64,000 nucleotides of DNA, from contig PFCB01000022.1 of NCBI GenBank assembly GCA_002773135.1, positions 7,591 to 71,590 on the forward strand, in the 5' to 3' direction. The notes under the pieces are model-generated. The model was not told the DNA's origin. It saw nothing but the letters and a program-made list of their open reading frames with translations, and did not search any database. This DNA comes from Candidatus Magasanikbacteria bacterium CG10_big_fil_rev_8_21_14_0_10_47_10. Its GTDB lineage: Bacteria > Patescibacteriota > Patescibacteriia > Magasanikbacterales > UBA922. A program made the position numbers and the translations under genes. Below are positions 19,756-30,229 of the stretch, piece after piece (positions within the stretch are counted from its first letter, which is position 1; each line of letters begins with the position of its first letter).

Positions 19756-20369
19756 AAATTTTCACAAGAATAAGTAGCAGCTTGATCATATGTGGCATTT
19801 TGGCCGCCGTGCTTGCGAACTACATCATTTTATTTCATCCGTCTTATACGGGAACACATGAAATTTTGTTCTCGCAATATGATACGGTCCTGGTATTTGG
19901 CGGTGGCATGGAATCAGACGGTACAATGAGCGATTTGCAGCGTTTGCGCGTTGACAAAGCAGTGGAGCTTTATCATGAGGCAAAGGTGTCAAAACTGATC
20001 ATGACAGGGGATGACGGTGCGCATCGATTTAACGAGGTAGACGCGATGATGCAGTATGCAATAGAGCATGGTGTGCCGGAAACGGCAGTCAATGTTGACC
20101 CGCACGGGTACAACACGTATAGCAGTTGCTACAGAGCGTCGCATGAATATCAGCTAGAGAGTGTCATTGTGGTATCTCAGTCGTTTCATTTGCCTCGAAT
20201 TGTGTATTTTTGTTCGCAACAGGGGATTCAAACTGCCTATATTACTGCCGATGACCCGGCATATAGCGCGCTGGGTAATCTCTGGACAATGCATATACGA
20301 GAAATGTTAGCACGCGTGAAAGGGGTATGGCAGACACAATTTACAAGGCCAGCGCCCAGGATGTATTAA
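19752..20369 (+). CDS. SanA/YdcF (DUF218) family protein
   Basis: N-terminal TM plus a DUF218 core (VLVFGGGMESDGTMSDLQRLRVDKAVELYHEAKVSKLIMTGD). ATGA overlap with uvrB. Confidence 0.7.
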   Translation: MKIFTRISSSLIICGILAAVLANYIILFHPSYTGTHEILFSQYDTVLVFGGGMESDGTMSDLQRLRVDKAVELYHEAKVSKLIMTGDDGAHRFNEVDAMMQYAIEHGVPETAVNVDPHGYNTYSSCYRASHEYQLESVIVVSQSFHLPRIVYFCSQQGIQTAYITADDPAYSALGNLWTMHIREMLARVKGVWQTQFTRPAPRMY

Positions 20370-20398
20370 AAAAGAAGAGCGGAAGCTCTTCTTTTTTT
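20367..20398. terminator. bidirectional intrinsic terminator
   Basis: aagaagagc-ggaa-gctcttctt, a perfect 9-bp stem flanked by A- and T-runs. It sits between convergent genes. Confidence 0.6.
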
Positions 20399-20402
20399 AC
20401 GC

Positions 20403-20921
20403 TTAATTTCCTGGAACAGATATCATCACGTCATTGCTATAGACGGTGCACACGTCGTTTTCAACCACGCACAGGCGAAAGTGTGCGTCGCCATCCGGGA
20501 GTCCTTCCCAGATTAAATTCCTGTGCGCCGGACCACGCTCCCACCACCAGCTGGCCGGATAGGTTGGGTTCTCTTCCTCTCCACGAGCAAAGCGAAATCC
20601 CTCTGCGCGCTCCGATAGGTCGCTGGATATGGCCCAATCAAATTTCACTGTGCCTTTTCCTTGTGCAGATCCTGACAGGGTGACGCCTGACTCCGAAAGT
20701 ACCTCCTCCGTCACTTTTTGGTCGTCCGTTGCTTTGTCTTCACTTTGCACATCTCCGTTCTCCATCTCTTCGGAGAACTCGCCCTTTGCCTGTTCTGTTT
20801 CTATCGTCGCGGCATCGTCCATCTGCTCTGCATCGTCGGCTTCTTGATACGCCGCGCAGCCCTGCCCAACGAGGACTACCGCAGATATAAGCAAAAGCCC
20901 CTGGATAAATGTTCTCTTCAT
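20403..20921 (-). CDS. acidic lipoprotein (hypothetical)
   Basis: Signal peptide with a lipobox (LLISAVVLVGQGC), a D/E-rich region, and a Trp-rich C-terminal domain. Confidence 0.55.
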   Translation of the reverse strand: MKRTFIQGLLLISAVVLVGQGCAAYQEADDAEQMDDAATIETEQAKGEFSEEMENGDVQSEDKATDDQKVTEEVLSESGVTLSGSAQGKGTVKFDWAISSDLSERAEGFRFARGEEENPTYPASWWWERGPAHRNLIWEGLPDGDAHFRLCVVENDVCTVYSNDVMISVPGN

Positions 20922-20939
20922 ACGTTCGGGTTAGTGAGT

Positions 20940-20955
20940 TACACTGTATAGTGTA
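20940..20955. promoter_or_regulatory. palindromic operator candidate in the divergent uvrA/lipoprotein promoter region
   Basis: TACACTGTATAGTGTA, a perfect 6-bp arm palindrome, overlaps a TATAAT hexamer. It contains a CTGTAT core reminiscent of SOS boxes. Confidence 0.35.
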
Positions 20956-20972
20956 TAATAGCCATGCTGTCA

Positions 20973-21000
20973 TTGACAAGCGTGTCACTCCATGTATACT
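20973..21000 (+). promoter_or_regulatory. sigma70-like promoter for uvrA
   Basis: TTGACA, a 16-nt spacer, then TATACT. Confidence 0.4.
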
Positions 21001-21061
21001 GCGACAAGATCATTTACTCTTAATTGTTTAGTACAAGCCCGACCGGGGCATTTTTGTGTTT

Positions 21062-23644
21062 ATGCAAGAAAAAATAATCATAAAAGGGGCACGTGAGCAC
21101 AACTTAAAAAATATAAGTCTGGAGCTTCCTCGCAATAGCATGATCGTCTTTACCGGCTTATCCGGTTCCGGGAAATCTTCCCTGGCCTTTGACACGATCT
21201 TTGCCGAGGGACAGCGAAGATATATTGAGAGCCTTTCATCCTACGCTCGGCAGTTTTTAGGTGGGATGCAAAAGCCGGATGTTGATGAAATAGAAGGTTT
21301 GTCCCCGGCCATCTCTATTGATCAGAAGGCTCATTCGGCGAATCCGAGGTCCACTGTATCGACCATAACCGAATTGTATGATTATCTTCGGGTACTTTTT
21401 GCCCGTGTCGGGCATCCGTATTGCCCTGTCTGTGGCGAAAAAATTGAAAAGATGAGTATAGATGCGATGGTCGAAAACGTCGCCGCAAAAATGGAGGATT
21501 CAACACAGACCCCGGAGAAATCCTCAAAAAATGAGGTCGTTATCTTGGCGCCCGTCGTGCGCGGCCGAAAAGGGGAATATTATCAAATGCTGTATGATAT
21601 GTATAACAGCGGTTACCTGGAAGTGAGAATAGACGGAAAAATATTGAGTCTTAAAGAGCGGATCAAACTTTCAAAAAACAAGAAGCACACTATCGAAATT
21701 GTCATAGACAAAATTCCCGGCAGCATCGCGCGGCAGGAGCCGGCGCCGCGCCTAGCGGAGGGGGTGGAGACAGCGGTTGAGTTATCTGATGGGCTCTGCT
21801 CGGTTATCTTTCCGAATGGACACGAGCAAGTGTACAGCACGCAATACGCGTGTCCGAATGATGGATATAGTTTTCCGGAGATTGAACCGCGCATGTTTAG
21901 CTTTAACAGTCCCTACGGATATTGTCAGGCGTGCACCGGATTGGGAACCAAGGAAATATTTAGCGAGGAGATTTGTTCGGTCTGTCAAGGAAAGCGCCTT
22001 AATGAAAATGCGCTGAGCGTTAAGGTAAGCGAAAAGAATATCTGGGAGGTTACTGATTTTACAATCGGCAGGGCAAAAACTTTTTTTGACGCGATTGATA
22101 AAGTGCTGTCCGACAGGGATAAAGAAATAGCAGGTGCCGCATTGCGGGAAATCCGCAATCGGTTGAATTTTTTGCATAATGTGGGGTTGCATTACATCAC
22201 ACTCAATAGGAAAGCCGGAACACTCTCCGGCGGTGAAGCGCAACGTATCCGGCTTGCGTCACAGGTAGGACAGCAGCTGGTAGGATCTCTTTATGTTCTC
22301 GATGAGCCAACCATCGGGTTGCATCAGCGGGACAATGATCGTCTTGTCGCGACCTTGCGAAACCTGTGCGATATTGGCAACACAATTATCGTGGTCGAGC
22401 ATGACGAAGATACTATATTGACCAGTGATTGGGTGGTTGATATCGGACCGGGTGCCGGAACGCATGGCGGCCAAATCGTATATTCCGGCCCATTGGGCGA
22501 GCTGCTTGGAAAAAAGGGAGGAAAGCTAAAAAATGGAGTTTACATTGATACCCAGGGAAGCGCGCGCGAATCCCTCACTGGAAAATACCTGCGGGGCGAG
22601 GAGCGCATTGAGGTGCCCAAAAAAAGAAGGAAGGTGGACAGTTCCACCGCGAAATTAAAGATAAAAAAGGCATCAGAGCACAATCTGAAGCACATTGACG
22701 TGGATATTCCGCTACGACGATTCGTCTGTTTGACGGGCGTTTCCGGTTCCGGGAAGTCAACATTGATGCACAAAATTTTATATCGAGCAGTCGCCAACAA
22801 GCTCAATCATGTAAAGAAAAAAATCGGCGATCACAAGGAGATAACAGGCATTGAATACATTGACAAAATCATTCGAATCGACCAGAGCGCCATTGGCAGA
22901 ACGCCCCGCAGTAATCCAGCAACATATACCAAGGCCTACGATGGAATTCGTGATCTGTTTGCCGCAACAGCAGAGGCGCGTATTCGGGGTTTCAGAAAAG
23001 GGAGATTTAGTTTTAACAGGCCGGGTGGTCGCTGTGAAAATTGCGAGGGTCGTGGCGCACTGCAGATAGAGATGCATTTTTTGCCAAGTGTTGAAATATC
23101 CTGTGATGAATGCTCAGGAAAGCGATTTAACAAAGAAACCTTGCAGGTACACTATAATGGAAAGTCCATTGCGGACGTCCTGAACATGACCATTGAAGAC
23201 GCGGAGGAATTTTTTGCGGACATCCCTTTTATTTTTGATAAGCTCAAAGTACTTAATCAAGTCGGTCTTGGCTACCTGACTCTTGGACAGTCCGCTACTA
23301 CGTTGTCGGGCGGTGAAGCACAGCGCATTAAGCTCTCAAAAGAGCTGGCTAAGCGAAATACAACCAAAACATTGTATTTGCTCGATGAGCCCACCACAGG
23401 ACTGCACTATGACGATGTGAAAAAATTGATAGGCGTGATACAAGACCTGGTTTCAAAGGGCAACACGGTTATGACAATAGAACATAATTTGGATGTCATA
23501 AAGTGTGCTGACTGGATCATTGACCTTGGCCCCGAGGGGGGTGATAAAGGCGGAACAGTGGTGGCGACTGGAACGCCCGAAGAGATAGCGCAGAAAAGTA
23601 CCGCAAGTTACACAGGCGCATACTTGAAGAGATTCTTAGCGTAG
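21062..23644 (+). CDS. uvrA: excinuclease ABC subunit A
   Basis: About 860 aa; two ABC ATPase modules (GLSGSGKSSLAFDT..., GVSGSGKSTLMHK...) and Zn-finger Cys pairs. Start taken at the first ATG (MQEKIIIKG). Confidence 0.95.
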   Translation: MQEKIIIKGAREHNLKNISLELPRNSMIVFTGLSGSGKSSLAFDTIFAEGQRRYIESLSSYARQFLGGMQKPDVDEIEGLSPAISIDQKAHSANPRSTVSTITELYDYLRVLFARVGHPYCPVCGEKIEKMSIDAMVENVAAKMEDSTQTPEKSSKNEVVILAPVVRGRKGEYYQMLYDMYNSGYLEVRIDGKILSLKERIKLSKNKKHTIEIVIDKIPGSIARQEPAPRLAEGVETAVELSDGLCSVIFPNGHEQVYSTQYACPNDGYSFPEIEPRMFSFNSPYGYCQACTGLGTKEIFSEEICSVCQGKRLNENALSVKVSEKNIWEVTDFTIGRAKTFFDAIDKVLSDRDKEIAGAALREIRNRLNFLHNVGLHYITLNRKAGTLSGGEAQRIRLASQVGQQLVGSLYVLDEPTIGLHQRDNDRLVATLRNLCDIGNTIIVVEHDEDTILTSDWVVDIGPGAGTHGGQIVYSGPLGELLGKKGGKLKNGVYIDTQGSARESLTGKYLRGEERIEVPKKRRKVDSSTAKLKIKKASEHNLKHIDVDIPLRRFVCLTGVSGSGKSTLMHKILYRAVANKLNHVKKKIGDHKEITGIEYIDKIIRIDQSAIGRTPRSNPATYTKAYDGIRDLFAATAEARIRGFRKGRFSFNRPGGRCENCEGRGALQIEMHFLPSVEISCDECSGKRFNKETLQVHYNGKSIADVLNMTIEDAEEFFADIPFIFDKLKVLNQVGLGYLTLGQSATTLSGGEAQRIKLSKELAKRNTTKTLYLLDEPTTGLHYDDVKKLIGVIQDLVSKGNTVMTIEHNLDVIKCADWIIDLGPEGGDKGGTVVATGTPEEIAQKSTASYTGAYLKRFLA

Positions 23645-23703
23645 TGGACAACGACACAAAAAAATTCGTCCAAGCGAGTTTTTTTTGCTATACTACTTTC
23701 AAT

Positions 23704-25533
23704 ATGAAACGCAGGAACATCACTATTATTGTATTAGTTCTCGTGATACTGAGCTTGGCTCTGCTTTATTATACACTGCGTTCGCCGGCTGTTGCATACG
23801 ACATTTCGTGGGTTCCCGTTGAACAGGGTGAGCTGGTACAAACTGTTTCAGAAACCGGAACAGTCACATCGGACGATGTACTTGCCTACGGGTGGGAGGT
23901 GAGTGGCAGGGTGTCGGTCATACATAAAAAAATCGGGGACGTGGTGCTAAAAGGTGATGTCATTGCGGAGTTGGAAAATGGGCAGCAGTCCTCGGCGGTT
24001 AAGGAAGCGGATGCCACAGTTGCTGCGGCTCAGGCTTTTCTAAATCGAGAATTGGCGGGTCATACACCCGAACGTGTGCAGGAGTCATTCTCGTCAATCG
24101 CGCAATATGAAGCCGCCCTCTCTCAATCAAAGGCTGAGCTGCTCAAAACACAGGTGACTGCGCAGAAGGCCATCGACGCGGCACAGCAGGCCCTTCGAGA
24201 TGCTGAAAATGACCTGCAGCGTCTGGATGTCACGCATGTATCTCAAATTACACAGTCCGCGTATGATGATTTGCGGACAACGCTTCAGCTGACCATCACA
24301 AAGTTGAACAAGGCACTGCTTGAGGCGGACTTGATTCTGGGGGTTGACGACAAGGACGTTAATGATTCTTTTGAATATTTGCTGGGCGCGTCGGACGTAT
24401 CAACCTATACGCGAGCGGTTCGGTCATACCGCAACGCGCGAGCGACAATCAGGACGCTTGAGCCGCTTGTTTTTTCGCTGACTCGAAATGCCGACTCGGA
24501 GATACTAAACGCAGCTGCCCGTGACGTGCAGGATGCGGGCGATTTGACGCAACTCATGATGTTGCACGTGCAGCAATTATTGTCTGCATCAGAAGGTGTT
24601 TTCATTGACGCAACCCAGGCAACGCTGGACGGCTTTAAAAATAGCATCTCGACCCAGCAGACAGCGGTAGCGACGGCAGAAGCGGCGCTGATCGACGCGG
24701 TGCAGGCAGTGGAGAGCGCAAAGAATTCGGTCGTGACCACCCAAATAGCATATGAGTCATCTGTGCTGAATTTTTCTCATGCCCAGAAGCAGGGCGACGC
24801 TGATACGGCTGTAGCGCAGGCGCGTGTTGAGGCTGATGAAGCAAGGTTAGTGCAGGTACAAGCTGCGCATAGCAATCTTGTTGCGCCACCACGAGCGGTT
24901 GATGTTGCCGCACTGCGAGCTGACGTTGCAAGGGCGGTCGCGGCTCGGGATAGAGCCATTGATACGCTTGAAAAAACACGGCTGGTGGCCCAGGCCGATG
25001 GGGTGATCTCGCGGCTTGAGGTGGCAGTGGGAGAAAATGTCACTGCTCAGATGGAAATAGTGATGCTTATCTCGGACACTCTTTTTGTCGATGTGGACAT
25101 TTCAGAGTCTGACATTGCAAAGGTGCATATTGGGGACTCAGTCACCGTCACGTTGGACGCCTTTGGTGATGAACGCGTCTTTACGGGGACAGTTCGTGCT
25201 GTTGAGCCAGGGGAAACGGAAATATCAGGTGTTATATATTACAATACGGACATTGCATTTGATAAAAATGGTGTTGAAGGCGTTAAAGCGGGAATGACCG
25301 CCAACATTATTATTTATACTGATAACCGCTCAGACGCGCTGTTTGTTCCATCTCGAGCCGTCCTTGGCCAAAATGGCAGACGTTTTGTGCGTGTACTGCT
25401 CGATGAAACAAAGGGCAAATTTGAGGAAAGAGATGTCACGGTGGGACTTCGCGGCGATGATGGCAAGATAGAAATACTATCCGGCGTGCGCGCGAATGAG
25501 CCGGTTATTACCTTCCTGCGTGAAAGAGAATAA
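23704..25533 (+). CDS. HlyD-family periplasmic adaptor (MacA-like efflux membrane fusion protein)
   Basis: N-terminal TM, a long coiled-coil, and C-terminal beta-barrel and lipoyl-like regions. Start at ATG 23704 (MKRRNITIIVL). Confidence 0.75.
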   Translation: MKRRNITIIVLVLVILSLALLYYTLRSPAVAYDISWVPVEQGELVQTVSETGTVTSDDVLAYGWEVSGRVSVIHKKIGDVVLKGDVIAELENGQQSSAVKEADATVAAAQAFLNRELAGHTPERVQESFSSIAQYEAALSQSKAELLKTQVTAQKAIDAAQQALRDAENDLQRLDVTHVSQITQSAYDDLRTTLQLTITKLNKALLEADLILGVDDKDVNDSFEYLLGASDVSTYTRAVRSYRNARATIRTLEPLVFSLTRNADSEILNAAARDVQDAGDLTQLMMLHVQQLLSASEGVFIDATQATLDGFKNSISTQQTAVATAEAALIDAVQAVESAKNSVVTTQIAYESSVLNFSHAQKQGDADTAVAQARVEADEARLVQVQAAHSNLVAPPRAVDVAALRADVARAVAARDRAIDTLEKTRLVAQADGVISRLEVAVGENVTAQMEIVMLISDTLFVDVDISESDIAKVHIGDSVTVTLDAFGDERVFTGTVRAVEPGETEISGVIYYNTDIAFDKNGVEGVKAGMTANIIIYTDNRSDALFVPSRAVLGQNGRRFVRVLLDETKGKFEERDVTVGLRGDDGKIEILSGVRANEPVITFLRERE

Positions 25534-25537
25534 ACGT

Positions 25538-26257
25538 ATGCCTGTAAAAAAGCCCCTTTTGATACAAGCAAGGAACATTACCAAGCAATATGAGACGGGC
25601 GAGGTGATCACACGGGTCTTACATGGTGTTGATCTTGCTGTTGAAGAAGGTGATTTTCTCGCGATCATGGGACCAAGCGGTTCGGGAAAATCCACGTTCA
25701 TGCATATATTGAGCTTTCTGGATTCTCCTACCAGCGGCACCTATGCATTTCGTGGAGAGAATGTATCCAGCCTCACAGAAAATGAATTGGCGAAAATGAG
25801 GAATGAGAGACTTGGTTTTGTGTTTCAATCGTTTAATCTTCTCCCACGAACGACTGTATTTGACAACGTGTCATTGCCTCTTATCTATGCGAAGCAGACC
25901 TTTTCCAGGCAGCGAGTTTTTGACGCGATTGCGGCGGTCGGATTGACTGAACGGGCGCACCATTTTTCAAATCAGCTGTCCGGAGGAGAGAAGCAGCGCG
26001 TGGCTATTGCCAGAGCTATTATCAACAAACCGGATATCATATTTGCGGATGAACCAACAGGAAATTTGGATTCAAAAGCCGGGGCACAGATTTTAAACAT
26101 TTTGCAGTCCTTAAATAAGGACGGAAAAACGATATTGATGGTAACGCATGAGCAAGATGCCGCTGATCACGCGAAACGCATCGTCCGCATTCGCGATGGA
26201 CGGATTATTTCGGATAAAAAAGTGGCAAAGAGGAGTCACGCCGTGGTCGAGTCATAG
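25538..26257 (+). CDS. ABC transporter ATP-binding protein (MacB/LolD-like)
   Basis: Walker [10 protein letters not shown], signature [14 protein letters not shown], Walker [13 protein letters not shown]. Confidence 0.9.
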   Translation: MPVKKPLLIQARNITKQYETGEVITRVLHGVDLAVEEGDFLAIMGPSGSGKSTFMHILSFLDSPTSGTYAFRGENVSSLTENELAKMRNERLGFVFQSFNLLPRTTVFDNVSLPLIYAKQTFSRQRVFDAIAAVGLTERAHHFSNQLSGGEKQRVAIARAIINKPDIIFADEPTGNLDSKAGAQILNILQSLNKDGKTILMVTHEQDAADHAKRIVRIRDGRIISDKKVAKRSHAVVES

Positions 26258-26262
26258 GTTGT

Positions 26263-27489
26263 ATGCAGATAAAACGCACTGCTATCCTTGCCCTAAAAAG
26301 TATGCAGGCCCAGAAGCGGAGGGCTTTTTTAACAATGCTTGGTATTATTATCGGCATTTTTTCCGTTGTGCTGGTTATGTCAATAGGCGCGGGCGCGCAA
26401 GGAATTATTTTGGATCAGGTTGAGCGCCGCGGTCCGACTCAAATTGTTATTTTACCCGGTGCAAGCGATTCAGCAGGACCGCCGGCGCAGGCTCTTGGTA
26501 TTATAATTACATCACTCACTGACGAGGACAGAGATGCGCTTTTGGATAAAGATAACGTAACACACCTCGCTGATCTCACGGGATATATCTTGGGGAATGG
26601 TATTTTGAGTTGGCAAGGTGATGAGCAGTCGGCCACGTTTACGGGCGCAAGCGCCAGTTACGAGCGTGTGGAGCGGATTGATATTACCGAGGGTATTTTT
26701 TTTACCGAGGAAGACGAAAAAGCACGTGAGAAAGTAATTGTACTTGGTTCCAATCTCCGAGAAGATATATTTGGCAACCAGGATGCCGTTGGCCAGCGAC
26801 TCAAGCTGGACGGGATACAATTTCGAGTTATCGGTGTGATGGCCGCAAAGGGGGCCAGTCCGATTGAAGACGTGGATAACGCGGCGATCATACCACTTTC
26901 AGTGGTACAGCGGGATCTGCTGGGCGTGCGTCATGTATCATTTATGCGCGGAGATGTGTCTGATGCCCGTTTTATTGATCAAACCGTAGAGGAAATCCGC
27001 AGTACATTGATAGAACGGCATGGGGAAGAAGATTTTTCAGTGCGGAATATAGCGGACGCGCTGGAAATAATTCGTACGATCACGGACGCGCTTAAGTTTT
27101 TTCTTGTGGGTATCGCGGCCATTTCTTTGTTTGTCGGTGGAGTTGGTGTTATGAATATCATGTTGATCGCTGTTAGAGAAAAAACGCGAGAGATTGGTCT
27201 GCGCAAAGCCGTAGGGGCCACCCGCAGCGATATTTTATTTCAATTCTTGGCGGAAACATTTGTCATTACAATCATAGGGACGTTTGTCGGTTTTCTCTTG
27301 GGAAGCGCGCTTGCGTACGCGATTGCACTGGGTGTGCAGTCACTGGGTTACGCGTATCCCTTTGCCATTTCAATGGCAGGTGCGTTGGTATCTTTCGTGA
27401 TAGCACTCATTATTGCACTCATATTTGGCATTGTTCCCGCCAGTAGAGCCTCCGATTTAAATCCTATTGACGCGCTGCGATATGAATAA
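26263..27489 (+). CDS. ABC transporter permease, FtsX-like (MacB-type)
   Basis: N-terminal TM, a large periplasmic domain, and three C-terminal TM helices of the FtsX family. Confidence 0.8.
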   Translation: MQIKRTAILALKSMQAQKRRAFLTMLGIIIGIFSVVLVMSIGAGAQGIILDQVERRGPTQIVILPGASDSAGPPAQALGIIITSLTDEDRDALLDKDNVTHLADLTGYILGNGILSWQGDEQSATFTGASASYERVERIDITEGIFFTEEDEKAREKVIVLGSNLREDIFGNQDAVGQRLKLDGIQFRVIGVMAAKGASPIEDVDNAAIIPLSVVQRDLLGVRHVSFMRGDVSDARFIDQTVEEIRSTLIERHGEEDFSVRNIADALEIIRTITDALKFFLVGIAAISLFVGGVGVMNIMLIAVREKTREIGLRKAVGATRSDILFQFLAETFVITIIGTFVGFLLGSALAYAIALGVQSLGYAYPFAISMAGALVSFVIALIIALIFGIVPASRASDLNPIDALRYE

Positions 27490-27495
27490 TGCACT

Positions 27496-28740
27496 ATGAG
27501 CCGTATCCCTCTGATACTTGCCATGCAGACATTGAAAAAAAATGGACTGCGCAGCATATTAACAGTATTTGGAATTACCATCGGTGTTGCGATGGTGGTG
27601 CTTGTGTTATCTGCGGGGATTGGGGTAAAAACGCTTGTGCTCGGAGAGGTGTCGCAGTTTGGAGATGATTGGATCGATATAGAAATTAAAATTCCGTCAG
27701 CGGGAAAGACCTCGATTGAAAACGCAACCTCTGTAACAAAGGGTGTCTCAATTACAACCCTCACGCAAGGGGACATGCGTGCCGTCGTGGGACTTGATAA
27801 TGTCCGCAACGCCTATGCCGGGATCACAACGCAGGCTGTTGTTTCGTACGGAGCGCAGAAGGAACGTCCATCCGTTTTTGGCGTGTCTGCCAGCTACAAT
27901 GACATAGACAAGACCGAGATAGTGGATGGACGTTTTTTCACCAGTGAAGAGGATCAGGCTGCTGCACAGGTTGTTGTCCTTGGTCATGAAATACGCAGTA
28001 CGCTATTTGGCAATCAAGAGGCGATTGGAACAACCGTAAAAATCGATGGCAGGGGTTTTCGTGTTATTGGTGTGTTTGAAGAGATCGGAGCAGCCGCGTT
28101 TATTAACCTCGATGAACTGGTGTACATTCCCGTGACAACGGTACAAAAGAAAATGATGGGGATTGATCATGTCCTTTGGATTATTGGACAGGTCAAAGAT
28201 AACAGCAAGGCAGAGAGCACTGCGGAGGAAATACGGTCACTCATTCGTCAGCGACACTCGATCACTGATCCGGATAAGGATGATTTCTCGGTAACAACGC
28301 AGGGAGAGGCGCTTGCTATTGTGGACACGGTTTTTGTTGCCATCACCTGGCTGCTTGTCGGCCTTGCTACCGTATCGTTGCTCGTCGGGGGCGTAGGCAT
28401 TATGAATGTCATGTATGTGTCTGTCGCAGAGCGGACATTTGAAATTGGCCTGCGCAAAGCCGTCGGCGCGACACGTCGAGATATCTTGTTGCAATTTTTA
28501 ACAGAGGCCACGTTTATTACCTTTGTGGGCGCAGTTATGGGTGTGTTGCTGGGGATTGCACTATCGTTTACAATGAGTGTTCTTGCGCGCACGTTTGGCG
28601 TTGAGCTGCAATTCGCCGTATCTGTGACGGGAATTGTAATTTCGATACTATTCTCTACCGCAGTTGGTCTTTTTTTCGGTCTCCAGCCCGCGCGAAATGC
28701 CGCCTCGCTGGATCCGATAGAGGCGCTTCGGAAGGAGTAG
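27496..28740 (+). CDS. ABC transporter permease, FtsX-like (second copy)
   Basis: Same architecture as the preceding gene; a paralogous pair. Confidence 0.8.
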   Translation: MSRIPLILAMQTLKKNGLRSILTVFGITIGVAMVVLVLSAGIGVKTLVLGEVSQFGDDWIDIEIKIPSAGKTSIENATSVTKGVSITTLTQGDMRAVVGLDNVRNAYAGITTQAVVSYGAQKERPSVFGVSASYNDIDKTEIVDGRFFTSEEDQAAAQVVVLGHEIRSTLFGNQEAIGTTVKIDGRGFRVIGVFEEIGAAAFINLDELVYIPVTTVQKKMMGIDHVLWIIGQVKDNSKAESTAEEIRSLIRQRHSITDPDKDDFSVTTQGEALAIVDTVFVAITWLLVGLATVSLLVGGVGIMNVMYVSVAERTFEIGLRKAVGATRRDILLQFLTEATFITFVGAVMGVLLGIALSFTMSVLARTFGVELQFAVSVTGIVISILFSTAVGLFFGLQPARNAASLDPIEALRKE

Positions 28741-28761
28741 CAATCCGTACCAACATACTTT

Positions 28762-30171
28762 TTATTGGCCCAACAAGCGCAGGACAACATTGAATGTTCG
28801 AAGAATAATTGAAATATCAAGAAGGAACGATCTGTTTTTGATGTAATACAGATCATACTGAAGCTTTACGAGCGATGCCTCTTTGCTGTCAGCGTAATTT
28901 TGGTGAAGAACAGCCCAGCCACTCAACCCGGGTTTGATCACGTGTCGAAGCGGATAATATGGCATCTCTTCTGTTAACTCGTTTACAAGGTCGGGCCTTT
29001 CCGGCCGAGGCCCGATAAGTGTAATATCCCTGCGCAGTAAATTGAGCACTTGCGGCAGTTCATCTATCCGCATTTTTCTTAAAAAGTTACCGACTGGGGT
29101 TATGCGCTCATCATCCTTGCGCGTAAATTCATACCCGCCAATTTCAGCACTTCCATCCTGCGTGAGGGCGTACATCGAACGAAATTTGTACAGCATAAAT
29201 GTTTCCCCACCCTTGCCAACTCTTTTTTGACTGTAAAAAAGCGGACCTCTTGATGTTAATTTAATAGCCAAAGCGACAAAAGGAAGCAACAGGAGCAGGA
29301 TAACTCCCAAAATAAGTGCCGCCGCATAGTCCATAAGCGATTTCCATCGCTCATAGACAGGAGAGTCCGCGTGCCGCAGATGATCAAGAAACCAAGATTC
29401 GGAAAACGTGGATGGCGGTATACGGCCTGTCAGTCGTTCATAAAAAGCGGGTAAATGAATGAGCTGAACCGGCCAAAAAAGAAGCTCATACAGTTCTCGC
29501 ATGGTTTCTTCATCTCCATGCAAATGACCCGCAATAACAACCATGTCAACACGCTTGTTGGAGATAATTGGACGGAGGGTCTTGATTGCGTGGTAAATGT
29601 CCGTCTGCATGCCCACCTTTTCGTGGGGTGGCAATTTTTTTTCCGGATCAACAAGAGCGCATACTCTGTACCCCTTACTCATGTCTCCCTCAATCAGTGT
29701 CACCAGCTCGCTCACATCTTCCGAATATCCGACAAAGACGACGTTTGTCTGCAATTTTGAGATGCCCAGGAGACGTTCCGCCCCAATACGCCACGCGTAG
29801 AGAAGCGCGTAGCCAATGACGACATTGAACAGAAGAATCGTCTTCGGTGTAATTCCACGGGATGGAATGATATAAAAGAAGACAACACCAACTACCAGCG
29901 ACATCAGGGCTGTGGAGAAAATGCGGCGATCAAAAGCAATTTTATTTGAGCGAAATCGAAGATCATACAAACCGTTAATGTAGTTTACCAGGATCCACAT
30001 CAGGTAAGTAATCGCAAATAGCTTCACGTGCCGCACCGTTACGTCTCCGCTTGGGTACGTCTGGTGACGAAGAACCTGCGCAATAAAAAAACTGGCGACG
30101 AACATGGTCAGGTCACCAACAATCAGCATGAGTTGTTTCAATCGATAGACGACAGTCATATCATTGCCCAC
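28762..30171 (-). CDS. undecaprenyl-phosphate sugar phosphotransferase (WbaP/bacterial sugar transferase family)
   Basis: Multi-TM N-terminus with a C-terminal sugar-transferase domain (YSQKRVGKGGETFMLYKFRSMY...DELPQ). Alternative start at ATG 30159. Confidence 0.85.
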   Translation of the reverse strand: MGNDMTVVYRLKQLMLIVGDLTMFVASFFIAQVLRHQTYPSGDVTVRHVKLFAITYLMWILVNYINGLYDLRFRSNKIAFDRRIFSTALMSLVVGVVFFYIIPSRGITPKTILLFNVVIGYALLYAWRIGAERLLGISKLQTNVVFVGYSEDVSELVTLIEGDMSKGYRVCALVDPEKKLPPHEKVGMQTDIYHAIKTLRPIISNKRVDMVVIAGHLHGDEETMRELYELLFWPVQLIHLPAFYERLTGRIPPSTFSESWFLDHLRHADSPVYERWKSLMDYAAALILGVILLLLLPFVALAIKLTSRGPLFYSQKRVGKGGETFMLYKFRSMYALTQDGSAEIGGYEFTRKDDERITPVGNFLRKMRIDELPQVLNLLRRDITLIGPRPERPDLVNELTEEMPYYPLRHVIKPGLSGWAVLHQNYADSKEASLVKLQYDLYYIKNRSFLLDISIILRTFNVVLRLLGQ

Positions 30172-30229
30172 GCGCTTCTTTTTTAGTATACTATCATCAT
30201 TCGTTTAGTGCATCAGTTATAGCACAGGT

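Noticed and set aside
24405-25043. Ala/Ser/Thr-rich low-complexity minus-strand ORFs inside the HlyD adaptor gene
   Set aside because: They are the antisense frame of the Ala/Gln-rich coiled-coil coding region and are not independent genes.
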